Below, one piece after another: positions 62,709 through 64,000 of a DNA stretch of 64,000 bases (its first letter is position 1; the number at the start of each line of letters is the position of its first letter). Position numbers and translations under genes: made by a program. Source of the stretch: Deltaproteobacteria bacterium (GTDB lineage: Bacteria; Desulfobacterota; Binatia; UBA9968). Under the pieces are notes generated by a model that was given only the letters and a program-made list of their open reading frames with translations, did no database searches and had not been told where the DNA came from. The stretch is from positions 8,273 through 72,272 of the forward strand of contig SHYW01000004.1 in assembly GCA_009692615.1 (NCBI GenBank), written 5' to 3'.

Positions 62709-62808
62709 CCTTCCCCTTGACGGGGAAGGAATGAGCAAGGGGTGCGCAAAATATTTTAATAGCTTGCGCAGCACCCCTATCCTAACCTTCCACCGTCGAG
62801 GGGGAAGG
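62709..62808. repeat. Paired REP hairpins (ccttccccttgacggggaagg ... ccttccaccgtcgagggggaagg)
   Basis: The architecture is the same as at 27597-27691, with a variant stem sequence. Confidence 0.7.
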
Positions 62809-62825
62809 AATAAGATTCGAAATCA

Positions 62826-63824
62826 ATGAACAAACATATTCAAAACTTTTTACGGATCACGCTACTGCTCGGCGCCTTCGCATCTTCAACACACGCGGCG
62901 ACAAAAGTTTCTTTCCCCTTTACACCCATCAGCGCCGCCAGTTTGCCCTGGTGGATGGCCAAGGAATCGCACTTCTACGAAAAATACGGCCTCGACGTGG
63001 ACATGATCTACGTCGGCGCGTCGCCGGTGATCATCCAAGCGATGCTCGGCGGCCAAGCCTTCATCGGCGCCGGCGGCGGACCGCCGTTGGTCGGCAATGT
63101 TTTGCAAGGCGGCGACATCGTCCAGGTCGCCACCACCGTGCCCTACGCGATTCAATCGCTGATCGTCAAAGCGGAAATCAAAACGCCCACCGATTTGGCC
63201 GGTAAACGAATCGCCATCAGCCGCCTCGGCGCGATTCCCCATTTCACGCTCCAAGCGATCGTCAAAATGCACAACGTTCAAGGTATCAACATCGTACAAA
63301 CCGGCACGACCACGCAGGCGATCGCGAGTTTGTCCCAAGGCCTGGTCGACGGCATGATCACCTCGGCGCCGTTCACGTTTCGCATGATGAAAGATGGCTA
63401 TAGAGAACTGGTCGGACCAAAAGATTTCAAAAAAGCCGGCGTGGAATTTTTGATCCAAGGATTGGTCGCGCGCAAATCCATCGCCGCGAAAAACCGTGAA
63501 GCGACCGTCGCCATGATCAAAGCGACCATGGAAGGAATCAAACAAATCTTCGTCAACGAGAAGCTGACCAAGTCCGTGCTCGCCAAATACACCCGCCAAA
63601 CCGACCCAGAAATCCTCGATCAAACCTACAAATTCGCCCTCGATATTTTCGTCAAAGACCCAACCGTCACGCCCAGCTCGATCCAACCGATCGTGCAGCA
63701 GTCCGCGCAGTTCAACCTCGTCGACGCCAAAGCAGCCAACAGCACGCCGCTGAGCGCCTACTACGACAACGGCTATATCGAAGAGATAAAACGGAGCGGA
63801 TGGTTGGCGGAATTGTGGCGGTGA
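62826..63824 (+). CDS. NMT1/THI5-like (NitT/TauT-family) ABC substrate-binding protein
   Basis: 332 aa with the signal ITLLLGAFASSTHA. SLPWWMAKESHFYEKYGLDVDMIYVGASPVIIQAMLGG. Confidence 0.75.
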   Translation: MNKHIQNFLRITLLLGAFASSTHAATKVSFPFTPISAASLPWWMAKESHFYEKYGLDVDMIYVGASPVIIQAMLGGQAFIGAGGGPPLVGNVLQGGDIVQVATTVPYAIQSLIVKAEIKTPTDLAGKRIAISRLGAIPHFTLQAIVKMHNVQGINIVQTGTTTQAIASLSQGLVDGMITSAPFTFRMMKDGYRELVGPKDFKKAGVEFLIQGLVARKSIAAKNREATVAMIKATMEGIKQIFVNEKLTKSVLAKYTRQTDPEILDQTYKFALDIFVKDPTVTPSSIQPIVQQSAQFNLVDAKAANSTPLSAYYDNGYIEEIKRSGWLAELWR

Positions 63825-64000
63825 ACCAACCATTGCTGAACAGATCCCGCGTTGACCAAGTCGGCAGCCTGCTCCGCCCGCAAGCTCTGAAGGACGCATA
63901 CGTCCGCCACGGCAATGGCGAAATGGGCGACGACGAATTGACGCAAGTTCAAGACGAGTCGGTCAAAGAGTTAATCGCCAAGCAAGACGCTCAGGGCCTT
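63821..64000 (+). CDS. Cobalamin-independent methionine synthase (MetE C-terminal domain)-like protein, 5' part only
   Basis: Absent from the track because it runs off the window. The GTG at 63821 overlaps the upstream stop (GTGA). VNQPLLNRSRVDQVGSLLRPQALKDAY..ELTQVQDESVKELIAKQDAQGL matches the ..VGSllRP..l......el....d.av...i..Qe.aGl pattern. Confidence 0.6.
   Translation, partial: MNQPLLNRSRVDQVGSLLRPQALKDAYVRHGNGEMGDDELTQVQDESVKELIAKQDAQGL

Noticed and set aside
15524-62808. Recurrent short palindromic repeats that could be mistaken for a CRISPR array
   Set aside because: The copies are dispersed singly or in pairs across 60 kb. They are self-complementary, lack regular repeat-spacer periodicity, and no cas genes are present. 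They are REP-like elements, not CRISPR.
62886-63899. 337 aa minus-strand ORF opposite the last NMT1-like SBP
   Set aside because: Same reasoning: it is a shadow ORF with no start context, while the plus strand encodes a signal peptide plus an SBP core.
1-64000. Search for tRNA, rRNA, tmRNA, integrase, transposase or phage genes that would define a classical genomic island
   Set aside because: None was recognisable by eye in any spacer or ORF. The accessory patches (7807-9448, 10553-12750, 45700-47600) therefore cannot be called integrative elements on current evidence.

Overview
This is a 64 kb, GC-rich bacterial chromosomal window, probably from an uncultivated environmental lineage. It is densely packed with catabolic enzymes. 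These include a 3-hydroxyanthranilate dioxygenase cluster, a three-subunit molybdenum hydroxylase with a racemase, and UbiD-type decarboxylases. There are also two LLM flavin oxidoreductases, several VOC/glyoxalase proteins, M20/M24 peptidases, an opine-dehydrogenase/enolase-superfamily block, and a CoA-transferase/MaoC/acyl-CoA dehydrogenase/CitE-like C5-dicarboxylate module.

The window holds ten solute-binding-protein genes, one ABC permease and no ABC ATPase. I saw no rRNA, tRNA, CRISPR array, transposase or integrase. Intergenic spacers carry at least six families of short palindromic REP-like elements, and some of these supply start codons or truncate genes.

The accessory, unusual parts are:
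- an inverted-repeat-flanked four-helix-bundle gene inserted inside an operon;
- a mazEF pair followed by a Cys-rich protein with a caspase/CHAT-like His-Cys layout;
- an AT-richer islet after ychF, bounded by a composite duplication of the ychF and DUF4926 3' ends, carrying a DUF4926 / unknown / DUF2283 triad;
- a decayed toxin-antitoxin patch;
- a C8 homopolymer that splits a signal peptide from its mature domain;
- an in-frame TAG in a VOC gene;
- a frameshifted MFS gene;
- a head-to-head junction of truncated UbiD and Sel1 genes.

All family calls come from motifs read by eye, with no database search, and start sites are by-eye refinements of the ORF track. I found no single clearly novel multi-gene system. 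The best candidates are ranked in the findings.
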